IMG/VR virus record: IMGVR_UViG_3300030708_002673
Coordinates: 1-64,000 of that record
Source: a virus
Lineage: Duplodnaviria > Caudoviricetes
Length of the DNA: 64,000 nucleotides
Direction: 5' to 3' (one strand)
Shown here piece after piece: positions 18,805 through 26,756 of this stretch. Below the pieces are notes generated by a model. It searched no databases. It saw only the letters and a list, made by a program, of their open reading frames with translations, and was not told where the DNA came from. Numbering within the stretch: the first letter of the stretch is position 1; each line of letters opens with the position of its first letter. Both the position numbers and the translations under genes were made by a program.

Positions 18805-19860
18805 ATGGTCGCATCAACGCTCCAACAACAACAAAGGGGTTGGTTCGATGTCCTTGATGACTGGTTGAAACGAGACAGGTTTGTCTTTGTTGGCTGGTCT
18901 GGACTTCTCCTCCTCCCTACTGCCTACTTGGCAATCGGTGGTTGGCTTACTGGCACCACCTTTGTTACCTCCTGGTATACCCACGGACTCGCTTCCAGTT
19001 ACCTCGAAGGTGCAAACTTTCTCACCGCTGCTGTCAGCACACCTGCTGATGCAATGGGTCACAGTCTCCTTCTCCTGTGGGGTCCTGAAGCACAGGGAGA
19101 CTTCGTCCGCTGGTGTCAACTCGGTGGACTCTGGGCATTCGTTGCCCTCCACGGTGCTTTCGCACTGATCGGATTCATGCTCCGTCAGTTTGAGATTGCA
19201 CGTCTTGTCGGTATCCGTCCTTACAATGCAATCGCTTTTTCTGGTCCCATTGCTGTCTTCGTTTCTGTTTTCCTCATCTATCCTCTGGGCCAGAGCAGTT
19301 GGTTCTTTGCTCCATCCTTCGGTGTCGCAGCAATCTTCCGCTTCCTACTTTTCTTGCAAGGATTTCATAACTGGACCTTGAATCCCTTCCACATGATGGG
19401 AGTTGCAGGTATCCTGGGGGGAGCATTGCTCTGCGCTATCCATGGTGCAACAGTTGAGAACACACTCTTTGAAGATGGTGAACAAGCGAACACGTTCAAA
19501 GCATTTGAACCGACACAGGAAGAAGAAACCTATTCAATGGTTACTGCCAATCGTTTCTGGTCTCAGATCTTTGGGATTGCTTTCTCCAACAAACGTTGGC
19601 TTCATTTCTTCATGCTATTTGTTCCTGTTATGGGCTTGTGGACATCCAGCATTGGCATCATTGGTCTTGCTCTCAACCTCCGTGCTTACGATTTCGTCTC
19701 TCAGGAGATCCGTGCAGCAGAAGATCCAGAGTTTGAAACCTTCTATACAAAGAACATCCTGTTGAATGAAGGACTCCGTGCTTGGATGGCACCTGCTGAC
19801 CAACCACATGAGAACTTTATCTTCCCAGAAGAAGTTCTTCCACGAGGCAACGCACTATAA
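18805..19860 (+). CDS. psbD: Photosystem II D2 protein
   Basis: [23 protein letters not shown]...[10 protein letters not shown]; start MVASTL at 18805 (alternative 18766). Confidence 0.99.
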   Translation: MVASTLQQQQRGWFDVLDDWLKRDRFVFVGWSGLLLLPTAYLAIGGWLTGTTFVTSWYTHGLASSYLEGANFLTAAVSTPADAMGHSLLLLWGPEAQGDFVRWCQLGGLWAFVALHGAFALIGFMLRQFEIARLVGIRPYNAIAFSGPIAVFVSVFLIYPLGQSSWFFAPSFGVAAIFRFLLFLQGFHNWTLNPFHMMGVAGILGGALLCAIHGATVENTLFEDGEQANTFKAFEPTQEEETYSMVTANRFWSQIFGIAFSNKRWLHFFMLFVPVMGLWTSSIGIIGLALNLRAYDFVSQEIRAAEDPEFETFYTKNILLNEGLRAWMAPADQPHENFIFPEEVLPRGNAL

Positions 19861-19863
19861 ATA
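19856..19863 (+). promoter_or_regulatory. T4-type late promoter
   Basis: Exact TATAAATA overlapping the psbD stop. Confidence 0.75.
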
Positions 19864-19867
19864 AGAA

Positions 19868-19949
19868 CATATCGTCGCCGCATGGATACTGTCTGGCAAA
19901 ATCCAGATAGTTATGCTAAGATAGGGGAGTCGTAAGACCCCCTATTTTT
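19868..19949 (+). ncRNA. Candidate late small RNA (bulged hairpin plus terminator)
   Basis: Stem 19880-19916 (GCATG/TATGC, 3-nt bulge, ACTGTCTGG/CCAGATAGT, loop CAAAAT) between a late promoter and a terminator. Confidence 0.45.
19921..19949 (+). terminator. Rho-independent terminator
   Basis: ATAGGGG-A-GTC-GTAA-GAC-CCCCTAT then TTTT. Confidence 0.8.
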
Positions 19950-20627
19950 ATGTTCAAATATATTCTTGCCGGTTTTTTATTGGGAGCAGCACATGGTGCA
20001 ACTGTTCCAGTAGAAGCACATGAGGGCAAGATTACTAAGGGATGGAAAACCATGGATGCCATGGGGTGCATGCTCCTGAAGGAATGCACTGACGGAGTAG
20101 AAAAGATCAGTTCCATCGATGATGTAGCAAAACTCAACCCCGATCGGGACTGGGATGTTGTACGGGATGAGTTCCATCAGATGATGGATGCCTTCAATAA
20201 GATTGGAGTTGATGTGCATCTTGCTGATGATAAGTATTTCCCTCCCCTGCATCGTGGTGTCTATCACACAGTCAGTAATCATTTCTATTTGAACAGGGAT
20301 TACATGACTCGTCCCAGCGCATTCATGAGTGTGATGAGGCATGAGGGATGGCATGCTGCACAGGATTGTATGGCAGGTACCATCAAGAACAGCATGATTG
20401 CAATCATCCTCCCAACAGATACTGTTCCCCAACTGTGGCAGGACATTGTTGAGCGTGGGTATCCCAAGAGTGCATGGCCATGGGAGAAGGAAGCAACCTG
20501 GGCAGGTAAGACTGAAGGCATGACCCAGAAAGCATTGACTTCCTGTGCTGCTGGTACAATGTGGACTGACTATGAACCCACCCCATTGACTCGTCAGTAT
20601 CTTGAAGATGAGGGATTCATCAAGTGA
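19950..20627 (+). CDS. Signal-peptide protein with HExxH zincin-like motif
   Basis: Hydrophobic N-terminus; RHEGWHAAQDC; downstream WEKEA. Confidence 0.65.
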   Translation: MFKYILAGFLLGAAHGATVPVEAHEGKITKGWKTMDAMGCMLLKECTDGVEKISSIDDVAKLNPDRDWDVVRDEFHQMMDAFNKIGVDVHLADDKYFPPLHRGVYHTVSNHFYLNRDYMTRPSAFMSVMRHEGWHAAQDCMAGTIKNSMIAIILPTDTVPQLWQDIVERGYPKSAWPWEKEATWAGKTEGMTQKALTSCAAGTMWTDYEPTPLTRQYLEDEGFIK

Positions 20628-20890
20628 AAATCTGGGAAGTATGGAAGTATTCTCTAGGGAGTTTCTCTGATGACAGAACGAAACCCTATGACAACTACGT
20701 GGCTGGCGTACGGACTATTCTATTTCTCAGCGTTCTTTGTACTAATATTTTTATTGTTAGTGGGGTCATGAGGCACTGGAATGGTTCAACAAATCAAGTG
20801 GTTATCGGCAACGATCATCCTCATAGCCATGGTTTTTCATGTGATGGGGTGGACCCCTTGGAACAGTATCCTTCAACTGCTGGGCGCTAG
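20624..20890 (+). CDS. Hypothetical small membrane protein
   Basis: GTG start overlapping the upstream stop; one TM segment; 3' part overlaps the next gene by 110 nt. Confidence 0.55.
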   Translation: MKIWEVWKYSLGSFSDDRTKPYDNYVAGVRTILFLSVLCTNIFIVSGVMRHWNGSTNQVVIGNDHPHSHGFSCDGVDPLEQYPSTAGR

Positions 20891-20999
20891 TGGTTGGACC
20901 TACGTAGGAATCAAGTGGAAGGAACGTGCAATCGTCATGAATTTCCTTCCGCAGTTCTTTATTATCATCCCTGGACTCATCTACCTGCTCTCTAAATAG
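20781..20999 (+). CDS. Hypothetical small membrane protein (DUF6552-like)
   Basis: 72 aa with about three hydrophobic segments, KW...GW..VG..WKERA. Confidence 0.6.
   Translation: MVQQIKWLSATIILIAMVFHVMGWTPWNSILQLLGASGWTYVGIKWKERAIVMNFLPQFFIIIPGLIYLLSK
20993..20998 (+). promoter_or_regulatory. Late promoter upstream of amidinotransferase
   Basis: CTAAATA 21 nt before ATG 21019. Confidence 0.55.
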
Positions 21000-21018
21000 G
21001 GCAGGTTTCTTTTTTGAT

Positions 21019-22404
21019 ATGCCCTCCGCTTACCAACCTTGGGACAGACTGAAGACTTGTCTTGTAGGTAGATCATATCCCCCCGAGTTTTATTCATACA
21101 TCAAAGATCCCAAAGCACGTGCTGGGATGGAAAGGATCGCTCAGGAAACTGAGGAAGACTTCCAGAAACTCTCTGACAAACTGACGGAGTTGGGCGTCAA
21201 TGTTATCCGATGCAATATCTCTGACGACTGGGAGAAGGATCATAACTGGGGTTATCATTGTAAGTATCCTTCAGCAATGGTTCCACGGGATCACCTTGCA
21301 GTGATCGGTGAGAAACTGTACATGCCGAACAGTGATTACCTGAAGAACATCGACCTTCGAGAGATGGTCAATGCTATTCACAACCTAGACTGTAAGAAGG
21401 AGTGGATGCAACCTGGTTCTGAATTGGTTGCAGACTTCATCCTTGACATGATGAAACCCGCTAGGGGTGTCTCGAACATGGGTCCTATTGAGGAACTGCG
21501 AGACTTCTACTACAACAAATCTGATTCCAAGCGTCGGGACAAAACCGCCTACGGTATTGGCGTGCTGATGCAAGGATTGGATGCACAGGACATGGAGAAC
21601 CTGTGTCTGAGTGCTGTAACCAATACGATTGGTAACCCTCACCGGGTGAACAAAGAATATAATGAGTTCCAAGATGCAGAGAAGTGGTTCAAGGAACAGG
21701 GTGGCGAAGTTGTATACAATCAGTACGTCAACAGTGCTTCCGTCATCCGATGTGGTAGGGATCTATACTTCTCTATGAATAACATCATCAACTTGGCGAA
21801 CAAGGATGTATTCATGTCGAAGTGGAGGCGTCTGTTCCCTGAGTACAGAACTCATCCTCTGATGGTTCCTGGACATGGTGATGGTTCTTTGACTCCTGTC
21901 AAACCAGGACTGCTACTTACTATCGCTCAGGAAACATTCTTCCAAGATACATTCCCTGGATGGGAAGTTGTTCGTATTCCTGGTGCTGGATGGCAGCAGG
22001 TGGATGGTTTCTTGAAGATCAAAGAGAAGAACAAAGGACGTTGGTGGGTTCCTGGAGAGGAAAACAACGATGCGTTGACTGAGTTTGTGGAGACTTGGTT
22101 GAAAGACTGGGTGATCTATGTTGAAGAGACGGTCTTCGATATCAATATGCTGGTGGTGGATGAGAAGAATGTCATCTGCAACAACTACAATAAGAAAGTG
22201 TTCGATGCCTTTGAACGGCATGGCATCACAGGGCACATCGTGAACTTCAGGCACCGTTACTTCTGGGATGGTGGACTGCACTGCATCACCATGGACCTTG
22301 ATCGTGAGGGGTCGATGGTTGACTATTGGCCTGAGCGTGGGGATGAAAGCTATCTCATCATGGACCCACGGTCAAAAGAAAAGTCGAAGATGTATGGCAG
22401 GTAA
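21019..22404 (+). CDS. Amidinotransferase (AGAT/StrB1-like, pentein superfamily)
   Basis: WDRLKTCLVG, PRD, HGD (HxD), FDINML, FRHRYFWDGGLHCIT. Confidence 0.85.
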   Translation: MPSAYQPWDRLKTCLVGRSYPPEFYSYIKDPKARAGMERIAQETEEDFQKLSDKLTELGVNVIRCNISDDWEKDHNWGYHCKYPSAMVPRDHLAVIGEKLYMPNSDYLKNIDLREMVNAIHNLDCKKEWMQPGSELVADFILDMMKPARGVSNMGPIEELRDFYYNKSDSKRRDKTAYGIGVLMQGLDAQDMENLCLSAVTNTIGNPHRVNKEYNEFQDAEKWFKEQGGEVVYNQYVNSASVIRCGRDLYFSMNNIINLANKDVFMSKWRRLFPEYRTHPLMVPGHGDGSLTPVKPGLLLTIAQETFFQDTFPGWEVVRIPGAGWQQVDGFLKIKEKNKGRWWVPGEENNDALTEFVETWLKDWVIYVEETVFDINMLVVDEKNVICNNYNKKVFDAFERHGITGHIVNFRHRYFWDGGLHCITMDLDREGSMVDYWPERGDESYLIMDPRSKEKSKMYGR

Positions 22405-22405
22405 T

Positions 22406-22434
22406 CGAAAAAAAATCTCCGGCAAAAATTTTGG
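22406..22434. repeat. Dispersed A-tract repeat, short copy
   Basis: CGAAAAAAAATCTCCGGCAAAAATTTTGG, matching the core of the copies at 29323 and 37302. Confidence 0.5.
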
Positions 22435-22507
22435 TTCTAAGATTTTTTATGATACAATACTTAGTAAGGGATAATACTTAGATACATACTGTGTCTGCGA
22501 TTAGCAA

Positions 22508-22831
22508 ATGAAATTTATCTTTGCCCTCTTCGCTACATTATTCCTTGCATTACCTGCCTGGGCAGTTGATGTACAGATGGGTGCTAACGGGAACTTAGTT
22601 TTTGATCCCGCCGAAGTAACTATCAATGCCGGTGAGTCTGTTCACTTTGTGAACAACATGCTTCCTCCGCACAATGTAATCGTGGAAGGTCGTCCTGATC
22701 TTGCACACGAATCTCTCGCCATGCTCCCAGGCGAAGAGTTTGAAATTACCTTTAGTGATGCTGGAGATTACACGTATTGGTGTGCACCTCATAAAGGTGC
22801 AGGTATGATAGGTACTGTTCACGTTCAATAA
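22508..22831 (+). CDS. petE: Plastocyanin
   Basis: Signal peptide [22 protein letters not shown] copper ligands. Confidence 0.97.
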   Translation: MKFIFALFATLFLALPAWAVDVQMGANGNLVFDPAEVTINAGESVHFVNNMLPPHNVIVEGRPDLAHESLAMLPGEEFEITFSDAGDYTYWCAPHKGAGMIGTVHVQ

Positions 22832-22836
22832 ATCTT

Positions 22837-23124
22837 ATGTTCACTGTTACTCTCAAGACTTCTGAAGGAGATCACACTATCGAGTGTGCTCCTGATCAAT
22901 ACATTCTCGACGCTGCTGATGAGGCAGGCATCGATCTCCCTTACTCCTGCCGTGCAGGTGCATGCTCCAGTTGTGCAGGCAAGATTGAATCTGGTACTGT
23001 CAACCAAGAAGATCAATCATTCCTGGATGATGATCAGATTGAAGCAGGTTTCCTCCTGACCTGTGTCTCCTATCCGACTTCCGATGTGACCATCGTCACT
23101 GAGCAGGAGGAAAACCTTTACTAA
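22837..23124 (+). CDS. petF: Plant-type [2Fe-2S] ferredoxin
   Basis: [31 protein letters not shown]. Confidence 0.97.
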   Translation: MFTVTLKTSEGDHTIECAPDQYILDAADEAGIDLPYSCRAGACSSCAGKIESGTVNQEDQSFLDDDQIEAGFLLTCVSYPTSDVTIVTEQEENLY

Positions 23125-23127
23125 ATA
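23122..23127 (+). promoter_or_regulatory. Late promoter
   Basis: CTAAATA overlapping the petF stop. Confidence 0.55.
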
Positions 23128-23157
23128 CCTCTGTATAACAGTCGTAAAAACATAGAA

Positions 23158-23514
23158 ATGTCGGTTTCTAAGAGCTGTAATTCACTTTCATCCTCCGAGG
23201 TTAGGAGTGAATTGAGAGTTGACGAGAAGGGACACCTTACACTTGACGGAAGCGGCGAGGTAGTTGATCGCACCGGCAAGTCCCCCATGTGGCGTTTCCG
23301 TGAGCGTATCTGGAAGCGTATCGATCGTGAGCAGCATGATATCAGCATGGATCTGTACCGTAAGCAAGAACTTGCTGTCAAGATGGTCCAAGCTGACGTT
23401 GAATATATGGAGCGTGAGAAGGCCAAGACTGGTTCCTACCCTGAGCGTTCAGGTGATCCGGTTCCTTCTAAGGAATCCTTGAACGAGTATGCCGATAAGG
23501 TTATCGGTGACTGA
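23158..23514 (+). CDS. Hypothetical protein
   Basis: 118-aa ORF after a late promoter, phage-like codon usage. Confidence 0.7.
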   Translation: MSVSKSCNSLSSSEVRSELRVDEKGHLTLDGSGEVVDRTGKSPMWRFRERIWKRIDREQHDISMDLYRKQELAVKMVQADVEYMEREKAKTGSYPERSGDPVPSKESLNEYADKVIGD

Positions 23515-23517
23515 TAA

Positions 23518-23546
23518 TTGACAGGGTAACCAAGGTATCCTATAAT
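23518..23546 (+). promoter_or_regulatory. Consensus sigma70 (early) promoter
   Basis: TTGACA(23518-23)-N17-TATAAT(23541-46). Confidence 0.85.
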
Positions 23547-23566
23547 ATCTTAGTTACCTTTTTGTA

Positions 23567-23812
23567 ATGACCAAACGACATCAGGTCAAATCAAGATACT
23601 ACTATTGGTTCTGGGGCGTTGCGACAGTCTCAGTGGTGGCGGGGCAAATCTATGTTGGTTCAGGCTATCGGCGCATGGCATCTGCCATTGAGTCGATAGT
23701 CTCTGCTGTTGGTGACATTGATGTGACGCTGATTATTCCAGAAAATGATCCTTTACTCAGAGAAGTGGGAGCACCCGCCGGAACTGATCCAAACTCTCAA
23801 GCAGAGGTATGA
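23567..23812 (+). CDS. Hypothetical single-pass membrane protein
   Basis: TM segment ending GQIYVGS; first gene after the promoter. Confidence 0.65.
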   Translation: MTKRHQVKSRYYYWFWGVATVSVVAGQIYVGSGYRRMASAIESIVSAVGDIDVTLIIPENDPLLREVGAPAGTDPNSQAEV

Positions 23813-24320
23813 TGATCCCTTCTTCCTGAAAGGAGGGGAAGATTCAATCGAGAATAGAAAGAACTGGGGACAACACTACACAGGTTTCCATAAGAATCCA
23901 AACAATAAAGCACCGACTGTTGAGGGTAACTTTATTGACAAGGATCTTCTACAACTTTACGTCCCTAAACTAAAGAAAATTCTCGGTGACATTGGTCTTC
24001 CTATGGGTAAGACCATCTATAGTTACAGTAGTATATGGGGTCAACTATATAAACTTGACCTCGAAGCAGTGATTGATGTCCACAATCACTACGAGGACCC
24101 ACGTCAACTGATTTCGTGGGTGCATTTTGTTGATGTCCCCGACACCAAACTGTTTTACTTTCAGGTAGGAGATAACAAATTCTATCCTGAGTGTCAAAAG
24201 AGTGGGGATCTCATGCTATATCCTTCTTACGCCATGCATGGCGTAGACAAGATGACTGAGGGTCTTGACCGCTTCGTCGTCGTAGGCAACATCGTAAAAC
24301 TCAACCAAAACCGCTGGTAA
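23745..24320 (+). CDS. 2OG-Fe(II) oxygenase-like protein
   Basis: VHNH, SWVHFV, GDLMLYPSYAMHGV, RFVVVGN. Confidence 0.7.
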   Translation: MILYSEKWEHPPELIQTLKQRYDDPFFLKGGEDSIENRKNWGQHYTGFHKNPNNKAPTVEGNFIDKDLLQLYVPKLKKILGDIGLPMGKTIYSYSSIWGQLYKLDLEAVIDVHNHYEDPRQLISWVHFVDVPDTKLFYFQVGDNKFYPECQKSGDLMLYPSYAMHGVDKMTEGLDRFVVVGNIVKLNQNRW

Positions 24321-24321
24321 A

Positions 24322-24558
24322 ATGCAAGCAGTTCTGTATTCCAAAGATAATTGTCAATGGTGTGACCGAGTTCGTCAACTGTTTACGGCAGTTGACATCG
24401 AGTATCTTGAATACAAACTTGACAAAGACTTTACCCGGCAACAGTTCTACGATGAGTTTGAGGAGGGTGCTACCTTCCCACAAGTCTCTATCAACAACAA
24501 AGCAATTGGTGGATGCAAAGAGACACTGCAACATCTTCAAAGTTTGGAGATGATCTGA
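24322..24558 (+). CDS. nrdC: Glutaredoxin
   Basis: CQWC, TFPQV, IGGCKET. Confidence 0.92.
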   Translation: MQAVLYSKDNCQWCDRVRQLFTAVDIEYLEYKLDKDFTRQQFYDEFEEGATFPQVSINNKAIGGCKETLQHLQSLEMI

Positions 24559-24671
24559 TAAACAAGGGCACCCTTCTGATGTATAATCGGAAGAAGCGTG
24601 CACCAAAACTCATTCCTCTTTTCAAAATATTTGGGAAGAGATTTTCGCTACATATAGAAAGGGAGAATTAG
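24513..24671 (+). CDS. Small basic hypothetical protein (52 aa, below the ORF-track cutoff)
   Basis: My translation MQRDTATSSKFGDDLINKGTLLMYNRKKRAPKLIPLFKIFGKRFSLHIEREN; fills the gap to 24673; alternative start 24579. Confidence 0.4.
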   Translation: MQRDTATSSKFGDDLINKGTLLMYNRKKRAPKLIPLFKIFGKRFSLHIEREN

Positions 24672-24672
24672 C

Positions 24673-24903
24673 ATGACGCTCGATTCAACTGCTGTCTTAC
24701 TTGCAATGGGTGCAGTGATCTTACTGCAAACGATTGGAATAGGTTTAGTGATTGGATATCTAGTTCGTGCCTACATCCACGATGTAACTCCCCAATATTC
24801 TCACCCCGAGATGTTCGATGAGAATGGTAACCCAGTTGCCGACACTCTAATCTCTTTCCGATTTGAAGGTGAGACCCCCTACCTCGATGAATTTGACGAC
24901 TAA
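24673..24903 (+). CDS. Conserved cyanophage membrane protein
   Basis: N-terminal TM, HPEMFDENGN, acidic tail. Confidence 0.75.
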   Translation: MTLDSTAVLLAMGAVILLQTIGIGLVIGYLVRAYIHDVTPQYSHPEMFDENGNPVADTLISFRFEGETPYLDEFDD

Positions 24904-24905
24904 TC

Positions 24906-25355
24906 ATGGCAAAACTTCCTAACAATCCACTGGTCTCCGAACTGTTCAAAGCAGTGCACGGTGCTAAGACTGTGGATAAGAAGGTTGAACTACTGGAATC
25001 TCATAAACGGGATGACGTAAAGGCAATCCTTATCTGGAACTTTGATAAGGGTATCAAGTCTGCCATCCCTGAGGGTGACGTTCCTTACAAGAAGAACGAA
25101 TCACCTGCTGGTACTGATGGACACACCCGTCTGGTGCATGAGTGGCGGTCACTGTATAACTTTATCCGTGGCGGCAACGATAAGATCTCTCAGATGCGTC
25201 GGGAGACCCTGCTGATTCAACTGTTGGAGTCACTCCATGCTGATGAGGCAGAGATTGTTACCCTGGTCAAGGATGGTGAACTGCAAAGCAAGTATCGCAT
25301 CACTCGTAGTGTTGTAGAGAAAGCATACCCAGAGATCCACTGGCGTGATAAGTGA
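24906..25355 (+). CDS. Conserved T4-like cyanophage protein (DUF6433-like)
   Basis: LVSELF..V..AKT, ILIWNFD, PEGDVPY, LLESLHADEAE. Confidence 0.75.
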   Translation: MAKLPNNPLVSELFKAVHGAKTVDKKVELLESHKRDDVKAILIWNFDKGIKSAIPEGDVPYKKNESPAGTDGHTRLVHEWRSLYNFIRGGNDKISQMRRETLLIQLLESLHADEAEIVTLVKDGELQSKYRITRSVVEKAYPEIHWRDK

Positions 25356-26464
25356 AGTTTCTCATTGATCTAACAGATCATTGCAACTCCAAGTGTCCTC
25401 TGTGTGCCAGACATAAGACATCATATAACGATGAGGTTGCGGTGCTCGCACCCGATCCATCAATGAACCTGTCAAAGATTTCACTTGAACAGTGGAAGAC
25501 ATGGTTCCCACAAGAGACCCTTGAGAAGACAGAGTTGATCTACTTCCAAGGGTCTTTTGGTGAGCCAACATTATGTGATGATCTGCTTGAGATATATGCC
25601 TACACCCTGAAGTCCAACCCCAACATCGTCTTCCAGATGAGTACCAATGGTGGTACCCGTGACGATGCATTCTGGGGAAGACTTGGTGCTCTCATGGGAG
25701 CATCACACAAAGATAGTTTCCTCATCTTTTCTATTGATGGTCTAGAAGATACCCTGCAGCAATACCGTGTGGGTGTGGACTATAAGAAGGTGATGCAGAG
25801 TGCTAAAGCATTCATCAAGGCAGGTGGTCCTGCTGTGTGGAGGATGCTGGTCTTCAAGCACAACCAACATCAGATACAAAGATGTAAAACATTGAGCAAA
25901 CTATGGAAGTTCAAAGACTTCCAACACACTCGTGTCAATGATATGTATGACGCTAGTGGACGTGGAGACGGTAAGTTTACGTATTCCTACAGGGATAAGG
26001 TGCACACCCTGCAGGTAGCAGATGATCCCAACCAAACGTACCGTCCAGACCCTGTAGCAGAGGACTCAGAGGTCGTGTGTCGCTATGGTCATACCAAAGG
26101 TAGTCCTGGGCAACTGAGGATCGATAGTAGGGGTGTGGTGCACGCCTGCTGCTTCCACCAGTCACGTCTCAGGTTCTTCTACCCTGGATATTATATTGAC
26201 AATAACCCTGATGCACCTGCGGTCTTCCGTGACATCAACAACCCGAACAAGGGAGTGGGTGCAGAGTATATGCAGAAGGTCTTCTGGGACAACGTGATTC
26301 CCTTGATTGAGGAGCAGGGTGGTATCAAATCCATCTCCTTAGAGCACCACTCATTACATGATGTGTTGCAGACTCCCTTTTTCCAACATACTCTGGTAGA
26401 ATCGTGGAGTAATAGACCGCACATCTGTGCAGACTATTGCGGTAAGAAAAGATGTATCCGTTGA
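25352..26464 (+). CDS. Radical SAM protein with C-terminal Cys cluster (SPASM/twitch-like)
   Basis: CNSKCPLC (CxxxCxxC), FQGSFGEP, STNGG, SIDGL, ACC, ICADYCG. Confidence 0.9.
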   Translation: MKFLIDLTDHCNSKCPLCARHKTSYNDEVAVLAPDPSMNLSKISLEQWKTWFPQETLEKTELIYFQGSFGEPTLCDDLLEIYAYTLKSNPNIVFQMSTNGGTRDDAFWGRLGALMGASHKDSFLIFSIDGLEDTLQQYRVGVDYKKVMQSAKAFIKAGGPAVWRMLVFKHNQHQIQRCKTLSKLWKFKDFQHTRVNDMYDASGRGDGKFTYSYRDKVHTLQVADDPNQTYRPDPVAEDSEVVCRYGHTKGSPGQLRIDSRGVVHACCFHQSRLRFFYPGYYIDNNPDAPAVFRDINNPNKGVGAEYMQKVFWDNVIPLIEEQGGIKSISLEHHSLHDVLQTPFFQHTLVESWSNRPHICADYCGKKRCIR

Positions 26465-26468
26465 TACA
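26453..26468. promoter_or_regulatory. NtcA-binding palindrome overlapping a -35 box
   Basis: TGTA-TCCGTTGA-TACA fits TGTA-N8-TACA, with 6-bp arms TGTATC/GATACA. Confidence 0.7.
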
Positions 26469-26488
26469 GTTTTCCTTTTCTATATAAT
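26461..26488 (+). promoter_or_regulatory. Sigma70 promoter of the riboswitch unit
   Basis: TTGATA(26461-66)-N16-TATAAT(26483-88). Confidence 0.75.
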
Positions 26489-26503
26489 ACTACATCATGA
26501 AAT

Positions 26504-26724
26504 CGTTCATCCCTTCGGGGACGCAAGTAAGTCGCGGAACGGAGCGTTCATCCCATGATTGATCTTCTTCTCTACACGGGCATGCTTTGCACTGACGCTG
26601 AGGACATAATCCGACGTGCCAGTACACATGATGCCATTAGTGCAGCAGTTCAAGCTGAGGTGGTAGCGACCGTAAAGGAAGCAACGCCTGAGTGCAATTG
26701 GGACGCAAACGACTGAAGGAACGG
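26504..26724 (+). ncRNA. Doubled glutamine riboswitch (glnA/Downstream-peptide type) with an ORF inside a loop
   Basis: P1 CGUUC/GAACG, P2 UCCC-UUCG-GGGA, CGCA, E-loop AGUA...GAA, P3 AGUCG(26530-34)/CGACU(26710-14); second CGUUCA-UCCCA...UGGGA-CGCA core inside. Confidence 0.85.
26555..26716 (+). CDS. 53-aa peptide encoded within the riboswitch loop
   Basis: GGAG at 26541-44; MIDLLLYTGMLCTDAEDIIRRASTHDAISAAVQAEVVATVKEATPECNWDAND*. Confidence 0.7.
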   Translation: MIDLLLYTGMLCTDAEDIIRRASTHDAISAAVQAEVVATVKEATPECNWDAND

Positions 26725-26756
26725 GGCAAAAATCCCATTCTTTTAGGAGACCTACC

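Noticed and set aside
17393-19860. Group I intron or homing endonuclease in psbA/psbD
   Set aside because: Both frames are uninterrupted and full length; no HNH, GIY-YIG or endonuclease VII motif in the intervening ORF
26453-26495. NtcA-activated (class II) promoter reading
   Set aside because: No TAN3T about 22 nt downstream of the box; geometry fits repression only
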